Both the position numbers and the translations under genes were made by a program. The notes below the pieces were generated by a model, which searched no databases, was not told where the DNA came from, and was given only the letters and a program-made list of their open reading frames with translations. A stretch of DNA of 64,000 nt from a bacterium HR40 (GTDB lineage: Bacteria; Pseudomonadota; Alphaproteobacteria; Geminicoccales; Geminicoccaceae): NCBI GenBank assembly GCA_002898275.1, contig BEIQ01000001.1:239899-303898 (forward strand). The letters are read 5' to 3'. Below are positions 50,944-61,472 of the stretch, one piece after another. The first letter of the stretch is position 1. Every line of letters starts with the position of its first letter.

Positions 50944-53687
50944 TGTCCCAGCCTCTCGAGCAGAGCCGGCACGTGCACTTGGTCGGTCTTGTAGTTGCCG
51001 GTGAGGGCGTACATCACGAGGTTCACCCCGAAGCGGCGTGCCATCTCCCGCTGGCCTTCGCCGCCCGGCACGACCGGCAACAGCGGATTGCCATAGTCGT
51101 CCACGGCCCAGGCTCCAGCCCAGTCATGGGCGCCGATGACCACTCGCGAAACGCCGTCGTTGATGCCAGGCGGCGCCTCGTCCACCCATACCGGTTGGCC
51201 GGTGAAGCGGCCCGGGAAATCCTGCAACAGGTAGAAGGCGCGAGTGAGAGCGTGGTCGGGCGGCACTGGCACCAGTGGCGGAAGGTCGAGGCCGCGCAGG
51301 AGCTGGGCGAGCCGTCGCTCCCCCGGTCCGCCACCGGCTTCCCCCGGCAACAGCCGGGCGGCATCGCCGGTGTCGAAGACGATCATGCCGCCGTGTTGGA
51401 GATAATCGTCGACACGCTCCAGGGTCCCTTCGGGCAGCTCCGGATGCTCTGGCGGCACCGGCCAATAGAGGAGAGGAAAGAGGGCGAGTTCGTCCGAGGC
51501 CAGGTCGACGGCCACCGGTTCGCCCGGTTCCACCGAGGTGCGGCGGGCGAGCACCAGGCCGAGTCCCGCGAGCCCTGCCTTGCTCACGCGATCGACCTCG
51601 GGAATGCCGGTGCGCACATAGGCGAGACGGGTCTCGGCGAGGAGGGCGGCGTAACGATGGCCGAGATCCTCCTCGCCGTGGCCGCTCACGGGGAAGGACA
51701 GGGCGACCGCGACGGCGGTCGCCATCGCCGGCTTCGTGCGCAGAAGGCCGCGCAACGCGAAGCCGATGAGCGTATCGAGAAGGGCCAAAAGCAGGGCCGA
51801 CAGCAACAACAGATGCCCCAAGGCGAGCTCGCGGTCGGCGACATAGCTGCGAACCGTCGGCGCGAGTGCGGCCATGTCGACGGCGATGGTGTCGCGGACG
51901 GCGTCTTGCAGATTGAGGGCGATGCCCGCTGCCTCGCTGCCGGCGACGCGCGCCGCCTCGACCGGCACCCAGAGGCCGGGCGGCGTTTTCGGTCCCGGCC
52001 GAACGCGGGCGAGCTCCGAGGCTGGCAGCGGCACGAGGTCGGGCGGTGGGGCGGTCAGTCGGCCGAGCCCGTCGAGGACCCGCTCGGCGTCCAGGAGTCC
52101 CTCGGGCGTGCCGCCGGTACCCGCGGCCAGGGATGCGACCCGGCGCATGAGATCGATGAAGAGGCGTGAGAGCGGCAGGGTGCTCCAGCTGGTGTTGGCG
52201 GTGGTGTGCACGAGCACGAGCCAGCCCTGACCCAGACGCCGGCCCGTCACGATCGGTGTGCCGTCGGCGAGGGTGGCGAGGGTGCGTGCCGCGAGCTCCG
52301 GACGGGGTTCGGCCAACACCTGGCGGTAGACCACCACCTCGGGATCGGGCTCGAGGCCAGCGAACGGACCCTCTGGCGGAAAGGGGGCGAAGCGCGCCGG
52401 CTCCGACCAGGACAGCGCGCCGCCGAGCACGCGATCGCCCTCCCGGAGCTCGACCGGAAGAAGCGGATCGCCTCCGGCTGCCAGCTTCGGGCCGGCGAAG
52501 CGCAGCAACACTCCCCCGCGCTCGACCCACGCCCGCAGCGCCGTCACTTCGCCCTCCGACAGGCGGCCGACATCGGCGAGCACGATCATGGAAACCGGCC
52601 GTTCCACCAGCCGCTCGAGGCGGTCTTCGACGATACCGGCATAGGGTTCGAGCGCGCGGCGGATGAAGTACAGTTCGGAGAGCAGGGGCTGGCTCTCGAC
52701 CTCGTCGAAGGAGCCGGCGAGCCCGACGACCCGCCGCCGCCAGCGCTCGTCGAACAGGACCACGGTGCCGGCCCCGGCCACACCCTCGACTTCGAGTCGG
52801 GCGATCCGATTGGCCACCTCGAGCGGCAGCTCGAGCCGGGCGCTGCCCGCCCGCGCCCCCGCCGGCAGCTCGACCGGCACCCGCGCCAGCACCTCCCCCG
52901 CCGGACCGCGCGCCAGCACGGCCAGGGCGCTCGCACCACCCACCGAGGACGGGCGCAGCAATTCGATCCCGAGTCCCTCGCCCGCTTCCCGGGGCTCGAG
53001 CAGGAGCATGGCCCGTTCCGCCGGCGGATCGGCAAATACCTGCAGCGGTCCGAGCCGCCGCAGTTGATCCGCGAACTGCCCCATGATCGGCCCGCCATCG
53101 CCGTCCTCGACGATGCCATCGGCAAGCCAGGCGACCTGCAGCGAATCGGGAGCGAGATCGGCGAGAGCGGCCATCGCCGCGCGTCGGTCGACGGGCCAGG
53201 GGGAGGGCAGGAGGTCCATGACCTCGCGTCGCAGGGCGGCGGCATCGCTCCGCCGCAGGGTCGTACCGTCGCGCCCCGGGGCAGTGCGCAGGAGCAGGAC
53301 CGGAAGGCCGCGGCGTTCGGCCGCGGCGAGCAACGAGTCGAGAGTGCGCAGCCGCTCTTCCCAGCGCGGGGCGGCGGCCCAGCCGTCGTCGAGGACCAGC
53401 AACAGCGGGCGCTCCGGCAACAGCTCCCGACGCGGGTTCAACACCGGACCCGCCATGGCGAGAATCAGCAAGGCTGCGATCGCCATGCGCAGCAATAGCA
53501 GCCACCACGGAGTGCGCGCGGGGGTTCGCTCCGGGCTCACGAGCCGCCGCAGGATGAAGAGCGGGGCGAAGACCACTCGCTTGGGTGCCGGCGGGATGGC
53601 GCGCAGCAACCACCAGATGGCGGGCAGCAGTGCGAGCGCCGGGAGCAGCCAGGGCTGGGTAAAGGCGAGCGGACCAAGTTCCCACAT
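50940..53687 (-). CDS. BatA_N double-TM domain + DUF4159 domain protein
   Basis: The N-terminus FTQPWLLPALALLPAIWWLLRAIPPAPKRVVFAPLFIL is the aerotolerance-regulator N-terminal type. The C-terminal part GGMIVFDTGD...FYLLQDFPGR...GAHDWAGAW...GVNLVMYALTGNYKTDQVHV is DUF4159-like. 915 aa. Confidence 0.75.
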   Translation of the reverse strand: MWELGPLAFTQPWLLPALALLPAIWWLLRAIPPAPKRVVFAPLFILRRLVSPERTPARTPWWLLLLRMAIAALLILAMAGPVLNPRRELLPERPLLLVLDDGWAAAPRWEERLRTLDSLLAAAERRGLPVLLLRTAPGRDGTTLRRSDAAALRREVMDLLPSPWPVDRRAAMAALADLAPDSLQVAWLADGIVEDGDGGPIMGQFADQLRRLGPLQVFADPPAERAMLLLEPREAGEGLGIELLRPSSVGGASALAVLARGPAGEVLARVPVELPAGARAGSARLELPLEVANRIARLEVEGVAGAGTVVLFDERWRRRVVGLAGSFDEVESQPLLSELYFIRRALEPYAGIVEDRLERLVERPVSMIVLADVGRLSEGEVTALRAWVERGGVLLRFAGPKLAAGGDPLLPVELREGDRVLGGALSWSEPARFAPFPPEGPFAGLEPDPEVVVYRQVLAEPRPELAARTLATLADGTPIVTGRRLGQGWLVLVHTTANTSWSTLPLSRLFIDLMRRVASLAAGTGGTPEGLLDAERVLDGLGRLTAPPPDLVPLPASELARVRPGPKTPPGLWVPVEAARVAGSEAAGIALNLQDAVRDTIAVDMAALAPTVRSYVADRELALGHLLLLSALLLALLDTLIGFALRGLLRTKPAMATAVAVALSFPVSGHGEEDLGHRYAALLAETRLAYVRTGIPEVDRVSKAGLAGLGLVLARRTSVEPGEPVAVDLASDELALFPLLYWPVPPEHPELPEGTLERVDDYLQHGGMIVFDTGDAARLLPGEAGGGPGERRLAQLLRGLDLPPLVPVPPDHALTRAFYLLQDFPGRFTGQPVWVDEAPPGINDGVSRVVIGAHDWAGAWAVDDYGNPLLPVVPGGEGQREMARRFGVNLVMYALTGNYKTDQVHVPALLERLGQ

Positions 53688-53690
53688 GGC

Positions 53691-54585
53691 TCAGTCGACC
53701 GCCACCGGTGCCAGCATGCCGTAAAGCAAAAGAAGACCACCCGCCGCCGGCCGGTCCGTGCGGTGGCTGGCAAAGGCCCAGCCGCGGCGGCTGAAGCTGC
53801 GCTTCAGGCTGTCGCGGTGGAAGGCGAATAGCTCCCGGTAGCGCGCCCGCACCTCGGCGACATTGCCGACGAGCATCCGGCCCTCGGCTTCCGGTCCCTC
53901 GAACAGTACCCGACCGTCGAAGGACAGTTCTTCTTCCCCCGGATCGACGATCTGCAGGGCGCCACCGGCGATCGCTCGGCCCGACCAAAGCTCGAGACGG
54001 GAGCTCCACTCTTCGACGGGGAGCATGAAGTCGGAGAGCAACACCACGCGCGAGAACCGCGGCAGCTGGGCGGGAGGGGCGACACTGTCGCGGTCGGCGG
54101 CGGCCACCAGTTGCCGGCAGAAGGCTTCGAGCCCCGCCCGGCCGGTGCGCGGCGCCTCGCCGCTGCCGAGAAGGGCCACCTTCTCGCCCGCCCGCACGAG
54201 CAAGACCGTGAGGGCGATGGCGAGCAACACCGCCCGGTCACGCTTGCACTCCCGCGCGAGGAAGGAGGCTTCGGCCATGGACGGCGAGAGATCCGGCCAG
54301 ATCCAGACACTCTGGGCGGCCTCCCATTCCTGCTCGCGGACGAAGTAGCCGTGGCTCGCGCGGGCCGACTGCCGCCAATCGATGCTGCGGGCGTCGTCGC
54401 CTGGTTGATAGCTGCGGAACTGCCAAAAGGTCTCGCCGATGCCGGTCCGCCTGCGGCCGTGCACGCCTTGGGCGACCGTGGCAGCGACCCGCTCCGCCTC
54501 GACGAGCAAGGCGGGTAGCCGCTCGCCCAGTTGCTCGCCGCGTTCGCGCAGCCCCGAAAATCCGGGCAGACGGCCAGGGCTCCGG

Positions 54586-54596
<11 letters not shown>
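53691..54596 (-). CDS. DUF58 (vWA-like) protein
   Basis: The sequence is GETFWQFRSYQPGDDARSIDWRQSAR...VWIWPDLSPSM (DxSxS). 301 aa. The start overlaps the moxR-like stop by 11 nt. Confidence 0.85.
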
Positions 54597-55593
<997 letters not shown>

Positions 55594-55695
55594 CGCGTCC
55601 CGCCGTTCTGGACGGTTGGTTCTGCGACCTTACATATCGCACGGAACGACGAGGGAAACGACTCCCTTCGCGTACCGAAATGGACCGGAGGCGGC

Positions 55696-56223
55696 ATGCG
55701 CGGCTCGTGGGATCCGGGCGCGGTGCTCGCGGAGCTCGCCCGCAGCGGTGGCGACTGTGGCACACCGCCGATGCGCATCGACCGCGACGGCCGCTGGTGG
55801 CACGAGGGCCGACCGATCGTGCGACCGGAGCTCGTGCGCCTGTTCGCGACCGCTCTTTGGCGTGCTGCTGACGGTCGCCACTGGCTGCTCACGCCCTACG
55901 AGCGCATTCCCGTCGAAGTCGAGGACACAGCCTTCTTGGTGACCGGGATGTCCCACGAGGGCGAGGGACGCGAACGGACGATTTGGCTTCGGACCAACCT
56001 CGGCGAAGAAGTGGTGCTCGATCGCGACCATCCCTTGCGCCTACGCTCCAGGGGCGACGGCGCACCGGTGCCGGTCGTCGTCCTCGATCGAGGTCTCGAG
56101 GCGCGGGTGACCCGGCCCGTCTATTACGAGCTCGCCGAGCTCGCGCTTGCCGACGGCCACGAGAGGGGCTTGGGCGTGTGGAGCCGCGGCAGCTTCTTCC
56201 CGCTCGCGGACCAGGAGGCATGA
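55696..56223 (+). CDS. DUF1285 domain protein
   Basis: The sequence IDRDGRWWHEGRPIVRPELVRLFATAL...YERIPVEVEDTAFLV matches the DUF1285 pattern as I recall it. 175 aa. It is divergent from the MoxR operon. Confidence 0.7.
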   Translation: MRGSWDPGAVLAELARSGGDCGTPPMRIDRDGRWWHEGRPIVRPELVRLFATALWRAADGRHWLLTPYERIPVEVEDTAFLVTGMSHEGEGRERTIWLRTNLGEEVVLDRDHPLRLRSRGDGAPVPVVVLDRGLEARVTRPVYYELAELALADGHERGLGVWSRGSFFPLADQEA

Positions 56224-56849
56224 GGGTCCGACCGATCGGGGAAAGGCCGGGCTTTCGCGAGGCATTGCGACGCGGGCTGGGCGATCCCCGCCGGATCGAC
56301 GGCGCGGTCGCGAGCGCAGAGGAGGCGGGTTTAGAGGGACGCCGGTTGGTGCCGGCCGCGGTGCTGGTGCCGATAGTGGGTCACGCCTCGGCCCCCACCA
56401 TCCTGCTCACTGTCCGCACCGACCATCTCGAGCATCATGCCGGCCAGATCTGCTTTCCCGGCGGACGCATCGAACCGCAGGATCGGCATCCTGTGGCCGC
56501 CGCTCTGCGCGAGGCGGCAGAGGAGACCGGGATCGACCCCGCTCGGGTCGAGATCCTCGGCAGCCTGCCGCCGCACGACACGGTCACCGGCTTTCGCATC
56601 CACCCAGTGGTGGGCTGGCTCGAACCGCCGGTGGAATGGCATCCGGATCCCTTCGAGGTGGCCGAGGTCTTCGAACTTCCCCTCGCCGTCGCCCTCGCAT
56701 CCGCGAGCTATCGCCGCGAGAGCGGCGGGGATGGGGCGGTCGGCCGGGGCTACTGGGTGCTGATGTGGCAAGGGCGCCGCATCTGGGGCGCGACTGCGCG
56801 TATCCTGCGCCAGTTCGCATCGATCTTCGAGGGGGGAGAGGAGGGGTGA
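56220..56849 (+). CDS. NUDIX hydrolase, CoA pyrophosphatase type
   Basis: The Nudix box is FPGGRIEPQDRHPVAAALREAAEETGI. The ATG overlaps the upstream stop (ATGA). 209 aa. Confidence 0.85.
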   Translation: MRVRPIGERPGFREALRRGLGDPRRIDGAVASAEEAGLEGRRLVPAAVLVPIVGHASAPTILLTVRTDHLEHHAGQICFPGGRIEPQDRHPVAAALREAAEETGIDPARVEILGSLPPHDTVTGFRIHPVVGWLEPPVEWHPDPFEVAEVFELPLAVALASASYRRESGGDGAVGRGYWVLMWQGRRIWGATARILRQFASIFEGGEEG

Positions 56850-57118
56850 CCCGCATTCTGCTCACCGCCACCCTTCCCTTTCTCCTGCCGTTCGTCGTCT
56901 GGCTGGCCTGGGGGTCGCTCACCCGGCGCGGCCGACCCTCGCTCGAATCGGTGCCATGGTACGGCCTCACCATGACCGGGCTCGTGGCGATGTGCGCGAG
57001 TCTGATCGCCCTCGCCTTGGTGGGCGGCCACGCGCCGAACCGCTACACCTCGCCGCGTCTCGAGAGCAGTCGGGTCCTGCCCGCCATGGTCGAGCCGATC
57101 CGGCATGAGCAGCACTGA
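56846..57118 (+). CDS. Small two-TM membrane protein (hypothetical)
   Basis: The GTG overlaps the Nudix stop (GTGA). The hydrophobic segments are ILLTATLPFLLPFVVWLAW and LTMTGLVAMCASLIALALVG. Its 3' end overlaps the cca start by 14 nt. Confidence 0.55.
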   Translation: MTRILLTATLPFLLPFVVWLAWGSLTRRGRPSLESVPWYGLTMTGLVAMCASLIALALVGGHAPNRYTSPRLESSRVLPAMVEPIRHEQH

Positions 57119-58418
57119 GGCCGTGACAGCGGAGCCGGGCGATCCAGAGCGGCCGCTCGCCTGCGCCCGCTTCCTCCACGATCCCGACACCCAGCGGGTG
57201 CTCGATGCCCTCGAGGCGGGGGGCAAACCCGTACGCTTTGTCGGTGGTTGCGTGCGCGACGCGCTGCGCGACCGGGCTCTCGACCCGACCGACCTCGATC
57301 TCGCCACTCCGGAGCCGCCCGAGCGGGTGATGGAGCTCCTCGAACGGGCGGGAATTCGCGCGATTCCGACCGGAATCGAGCACGGCACGGTGACGGCCTT
57401 GTGCGGGCAGCGGCGCTTCGAGATCACCACGCTCCGGCAGGATGTCGATACCTTCGGGCGTCGCGCCCGAGTGGCCTTCACCGCCGACTTCGAGGCCGAT
57501 GCGGCGCGGCGCGACTTCACCATCAACGCCATGAGTGCCGACCGCGAGGGCCGTCTCTACGACCCCTTCGGCGGCCGTGCCGACCTCGTGGCAGGTCGCA
57601 TCCGCTTCGTCGGCCGGGCCCGCGAGCGGATTCGCGAGGACTATCTGCGCATCCTGCGCTTTTTCCGCTTCTACGCCCGTTTCGGCCGGCCACCTGCCGA
57701 TCCCGAGGCGCTCTCCGCCTGCGCCGCCGAGGCTGCCGGCCTCGCCCGTCTGTCAGCCGAGCGCATCCGCGAGGAGCTGCTCCGCCTGCTCGAGGCGCCG
57801 GGAGCGGTGGAAAGCCTCGAGCTCATGCGCGAGACCGGCGTGCTCGACCGCATCTTCCCCTGGCCTCCCAACATCGAGCGGCTGCGTCAGCTGCTGCGCG
57901 TCGCTCCCGAGGCGGACGCGATCGTGCGCCTCGCGGCCCTGCTGCGCGCCGCGGACCGCGGAGCGGAGGAGATCGACGCCTTTGCCCGGGCTCTCAGGCT
58001 GTCGAACCGGGAGCGCGAGCGACTCGTGACGCTCGCCACGGCGCCGCTTCCCGATTCGGAAGCGGCCGAGCGGGTGCACCGCGAACGGGTATTTCGTCTC
58101 GGCGCCACCGCCTACGCCGACCTCCTGCGCCTCGCCGCGGCCGAGCGCGGAACCGATGCCGACCGGCTGCAGGCCCTGCTGGCCCTCGTCGCGAGCCTCG
58201 ACGTTCCGGTCTTTCCGTTGCGGGGCGCCGATATCGTGGCGCGTGGCGTTCCCCCCGGACCCGCGGTCGGCGCATTGTTGCGGGCCGTCGAGGCGTGGTG
58301 GCTCGAGCAGGACATGCGTCCCGACTACGAAGACTGCCTCGAACGGCTCGAACGCCTCATCGCCGAAGGAAAGCCGAACGAGCGAGGCCGAAGCGACGGC
58401 GATGCGCGTCCAGGCTGA
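57105..58418 (+). CDS. cca: CCA-adding enzyme / poly(A) polymerase family tRNA nucleotidyltransferase
   Basis: The sequence is RFVGGCVRDALRDR...DLDLAT...GIEHGTVT...RRDFTINAM. 437 aa. Confidence 0.9.
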   Translation: MSSTEAVTAEPGDPERPLACARFLHDPDTQRVLDALEAGGKPVRFVGGCVRDALRDRALDPTDLDLATPEPPERVMELLERAGIRAIPTGIEHGTVTALCGQRRFEITTLRQDVDTFGRRARVAFTADFEADAARRDFTINAMSADREGRLYDPFGGRADLVAGRIRFVGRARERIREDYLRILRFFRFYARFGRPPADPEALSACAAEAAGLARLSAERIREELLRLLEAPGAVESLELMRETGVLDRIFPWPPNIERLRQLLRVAPEADAIVRLAALLRAADRGAEEIDAFARALRLSNRERERLVTLATAPLPDSEAAERVHRERVFRLGATAYADLLRLAAAERGTDADRLQALLALVASLDVPVFPLRGADIVARGVPPGPAVGALLRAVEAWWLEQDMRPDYEDCLERLERLIAEGKPNERGRSDGDARPG

Positions 58419-58475
58419 GGGATCGGCCGTCGTACCGTTGACCCTCGGCTGGCGGCGCGCATATCGGGATCGCCA

Positions 58476-58946
58476 ATGGTTTCGAGGGCAATGGCCGGGA
58501 CTTCCCCGATCCGCGAGGAAGAGGCGCGCATTCGCGAGGAGTTCGCGCTCTTCGACGATCCACGCGGCCGGCTCGAATACATCATCGAGCTCGGCAAGGG
58601 GCTGCCGCCGCTCGAGGAGAGCGCGCGAACCGAGGCCAACCGGGTGCGCGGCTGCCAAAGCCAGGTGTGGCTCGTCGCCGATTACGATCCGGCAAGCGAC
58701 CGATTGAGCTTTCGCGCCGACAGCGACGCGCTCATCGTACGCGGGCTGATCGCCCTTTTGCTGCGCCTCTATAGCGGCCGCCATCCGGCGGAGATCGCCA
58801 GCCACGAACCCGAGGTATTCGAAGACATCGGGCTGAGCCGTCTGCTCACGCCCGGGCGACAGAACGGCCTGTGGTCGATGATCCGGCGGATCCGGGAGAT
58901 CGCTTCGGTGTACGCGGGCAGGGCCGCAGCGGTGTCCGCCGGCTGA
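58476..58946 (+). CDS. sufE: Cysteine desulfuration protein SufE
   Basis: The sequence is RLEYIIELGKGLPPL...NRVRGCQSQVWL (acceptor Cys) ...SDALIVRGLIALL...TPGRQNGL. 156 aa. Confidence 0.9.
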   Translation: MVSRAMAGTSPIREEEARIREEFALFDDPRGRLEYIIELGKGLPPLEESARTEANRVRGCQSQVWLVADYDPASDRLSFRADSDALIVRGLIALLLRLYSGRHPAEIASHEPEVFEDIGLSRLLTPGRQNGLWSMIRRIREIASVYAGRAAAVSAG

Positions 58947-59020
58947 TCCCGCATCCCGCCCCGAGATGGGCTTGCCTCGCCGCGGCATTTCTGCTCCGAG
59001 CGGGGCGCGCAACGAGGGAG

Positions 59021-59794
59021 ATGCCGTCGATGTCGAGCCTGTTCTGGCTTGAGCAGCGCATCGCGCTGGTGACAGGGGCTTCGCGCGGGCTTGGCTTTGC
59101 CGTAGCGGAAGCGCTCGCGGCACATGGGGCGCACGTCCTCGTCAATGCGCGCACGACGGAATCGGCGCAACGCGCGGCAGCGCAGCTCAAAGGCTTGGGC
59201 TATGCGGCGGAGGCGCTCGCCTTCGACGTCACCGATGCCGTCGCCACACTCGAGGCGATCGAGAAGATCCGCGAGGTCCACGGACGGCTCGACATCCTGG
59301 TCAACAACGCCGGCATCCAGCACCGCGCGCCCCTGCCCGACTGGACCGACGGCGATTTCGAACGGGTGATCCAGGCCAATCTCGTCGCCTGCTTCCGGCT
59401 CGCCCGCGAGGCCGCACGGGTGATGCTGGACCGCGGCTTCGGCCGTATCATCAACATCGGCTCGGCCGTGGGCTTCCTGGCGCGCCCCACCATTCACGCC
59501 TACGCCGCCGCCAAGGCCGGCCTGCATGGGCTCACCCGCTCCCTGGCCGCCGAACTCGGGCCCAGGGGTGTCCTCGTCAATGCCGTCGCGCCGGGCTTCT
59601 TTGCCACCGACATGAACGAGGCGCTTTTGGGCGATCCCGAATTCCGGACGTGGGTGGAACGGCGCACACCGGTCGGACGCTGGGGTCGGCCGCACGAGCT
59701 CGGCGGAGCGGTGGTGTTCCTTGCCTCGGATGCAGCCACTTACGTCAACGGCGCCATCATCTGTGTCGATGGCGGCCTCACCGCGACCATGTGA
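59021..59794 (+). CDS. Classical SDR oxidoreductase (gluconate-5-dehydrogenase-like)
   Basis: The sequence is ALVTGASRGLGFAVA (TGxxxGxG), with NNAG and YAAAK (YxxxK). 257 aa. GAGGGAG lies upstream of ATG 59021. Confidence 0.88.
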   Translation: MPSMSSLFWLEQRIALVTGASRGLGFAVAEALAAHGAHVLVNARTTESAQRAAAQLKGLGYAAEALAFDVTDAVATLEAIEKIREVHGRLDILVNNAGIQHRAPLPDWTDGDFERVIQANLVACFRLAREAARVMLDRGFGRIINIGSAVGFLARPTIHAYAAAKAGLHGLTRSLAAELGPRGVLVNAVAPGFFATDMNEALLGDPEFRTWVERRTPVGRWGRPHELGGAVVFLASDAATYVNGAIICVDGGLTATM

Positions 59795-59813
59795 GAGCGC
59801 GCGACGCCGATGG

Positions 59814-60206
59814 TCAGTAGATGAGGCCGAGTTCGAGCTGGGCTTCTTCGGTCATCATCGACGGGTGCCAAGGGGGATCCCAGACGATATTGACCCGGCA
59901 GTCCTTCACTCCCTCGATCGCGCGCACCTTGGCCGCTACTTCCTCGGGTAGACTTTCCGCGACCGGGCAGTGCGGCGAGGTCAGGGTCATATCGATGACC
60001 ACCGTGTTGTCGTCCTCGACGTCGATCTTGTAGACGAGCCCGAGCTCGTAGATGTTGACCGGGATCTCCGGGTCGTAGACGCTACGCAGCTGCTCGATGA
60101 TCTTCTCGCCCAGCCGGCCCACCTCTTCGAGCCGGCGCTTGCGGGCTTCCTCTTCGGCATCCGGTTCGAGCGCAGCCGCGGCCCGATCGATGGGATCCTC
60201 GTGCAT
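59814..60206 (-). CDS. SUF-system Fe-S assembly protein (DUF59 / SufT-like)
   Basis: The sequence is VYDPEIPVNIYELGLVY...MTLTSPHCPVAESL...VWDPPW. 130 aa. It lies immediately downstream of sufS. Confidence 0.88.
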   Translation of the reverse strand: MHEDPIDRAAAALEPDAEEEARKRRLEEVGRLGEKIIEQLRSVYDPEIPVNIYELGLVYKIDVEDDNTVVIDMTLTSPHCPVAESLPEEVAAKVRAIEGVKDCRVNIVWDPPWHPSMMTEEAQLELGLIY

Positions 60207-60215
60207 GACACGTCC

Positions 60216-61472
60216 TCAGCGGAGCATGCCGACGATGCGCCGCAGCGAGGTTGCGAGCGCATCGATCTCGGCATGGGTGTTGTAGACGCCGATCGACATC
60301 CGGGCGCTTGCCGCGAGCCCCAAGCGGGCATGCAACGGCATGGCGCAGTGGTGACCGGTCCGGATGGCGATACCGTCGAGATCGAGCAGCATGCCGATGT
60401 CCTGGGGATGCACGCCGTCGATGGTAAAGGCGAGCACGCTCGCCCGCCGCCGAGGCGAACCCAGAATGCGCAGTCCCGGGACTCCAGCCAGCGCCGCCTC
60501 GGCGTGAGCGAGAAGCTCGCCCTCGTGCCGGGCGATGGCCTCGAGGCCGAGGTCTTCGACAAAGCCGATCGCTTCGGCGGAGGCGACGATACCGGCAATA
60601 TCCGGGGTTCCCGCCTCGAAGCGGAAGGGGATGTCGTTGAAGGTGGTGCCGGCAAAGCTCACCCGTTCGATCATGTCGCCGCCGCCCTGCCAGGGCGGCA
60701 TGGCTTCGAGCAGCTCGGCCCGGCCCCACAGCACACCGACCCCGCTCGGCCCATAGAGCTTGTGCATGGAAAAGACGAGGAAGTCGGCGTCGAGGGCGCG
60801 CAGATCGACCGGGAAGTGTTGCACTGCCTGTGCAGCGTCCACCAGCACCGGTACCCCCCGCCGGCGGGCGAGGGCCACCATGTCGGCGACCGGGTTCACC
60901 GTGCCGAGCACGTTGGACACCCAGGTGAAGGCGACGAGCTTCGTGCGCGGCCCGATGCGCTCGGCAAAGGCGTCGAGATCGACCTCGCCGGTAGGGGTGA
61001 TGGGCGCCGGCACCACCCTGGCCCCGGTCCGCGAGGCGACGAGCTGCCACGGGACGATGTTGGCGTGGTGTTCCATTTCGGTGACGAGGATCTCGTCACC
61101 GGCGGCAAGCCGCGGCAACAGGAAGGCGTAGGCGACGAGATTGATCCCTTCGGTGGCGTTGCGCACGAACACGATCTCGCGCCAGTCGGCGGCGCCGAGG
61201 AAGGCCTGCACCCGTCGTCGCGTGCGATCGTGCAGCTCCGAGGCGCGCTGGCTCAGCTCGTAGACCCCGCGGTGGATATTGGCGTAGTCGCGCTCGTAGA
61301 AGCGGGTGAGGGCGTCGATGACCCGCTGCGGCTTCTGCGCGCTGGCCGCGCTGTCGAGATAGACGAGGGGACGGCCATGGACCCGGGTGGCGAGGATCGG
61401 GAACTGGGCCCGCACCGCCTCGACATCGAGGGAGCCCGTCGTTGCGATGGCTGCCGGCTGGAGCGCGTTCAC
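60216..61472 (-). CDS. sufS: Cysteine desulfurase, SufS type
   Basis: The sequence is FPIL...LVYLDSAASAQKP...FSMHKLYGPSGVGVL (PLP Lys) ...RTGHHCA (active Cys). The GTG start overlaps the sufD stop. Confidence 0.95.
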   Translation of the reverse strand: MNALQPAAIATTGSLDVEAVRAQFPILATRVHGRPLVYLDSAASAQKPQRVIDALTRFYERDYANIHRGVYELSQRASELHDRTRRRVQAFLGAADWREIVFVRNATEGINLVAYAFLLPRLAAGDEILVTEMEHHANIVPWQLVASRTGARVVPAPITPTGEVDLDAFAERIGPRTKLVAFTWVSNVLGTVNPVADMVALARRRGVPVLVDAAQAVQHFPVDLRALDADFLVFSMHKLYGPSGVGVLWGRAELLEAMPPWQGGGDMIERVSFAGTTFNDIPFRFEAGTPDIAGIVASAEAIGFVEDLGLEAIARHEGELLAHAEAALAGVPGLRILGSPRRRASVLAFTIDGVHPQDIGMLLDLDGIAIRTGHHCAMPLHARLGLAASARMSIGVYNTHAEIDALATSLRRIVGMLR

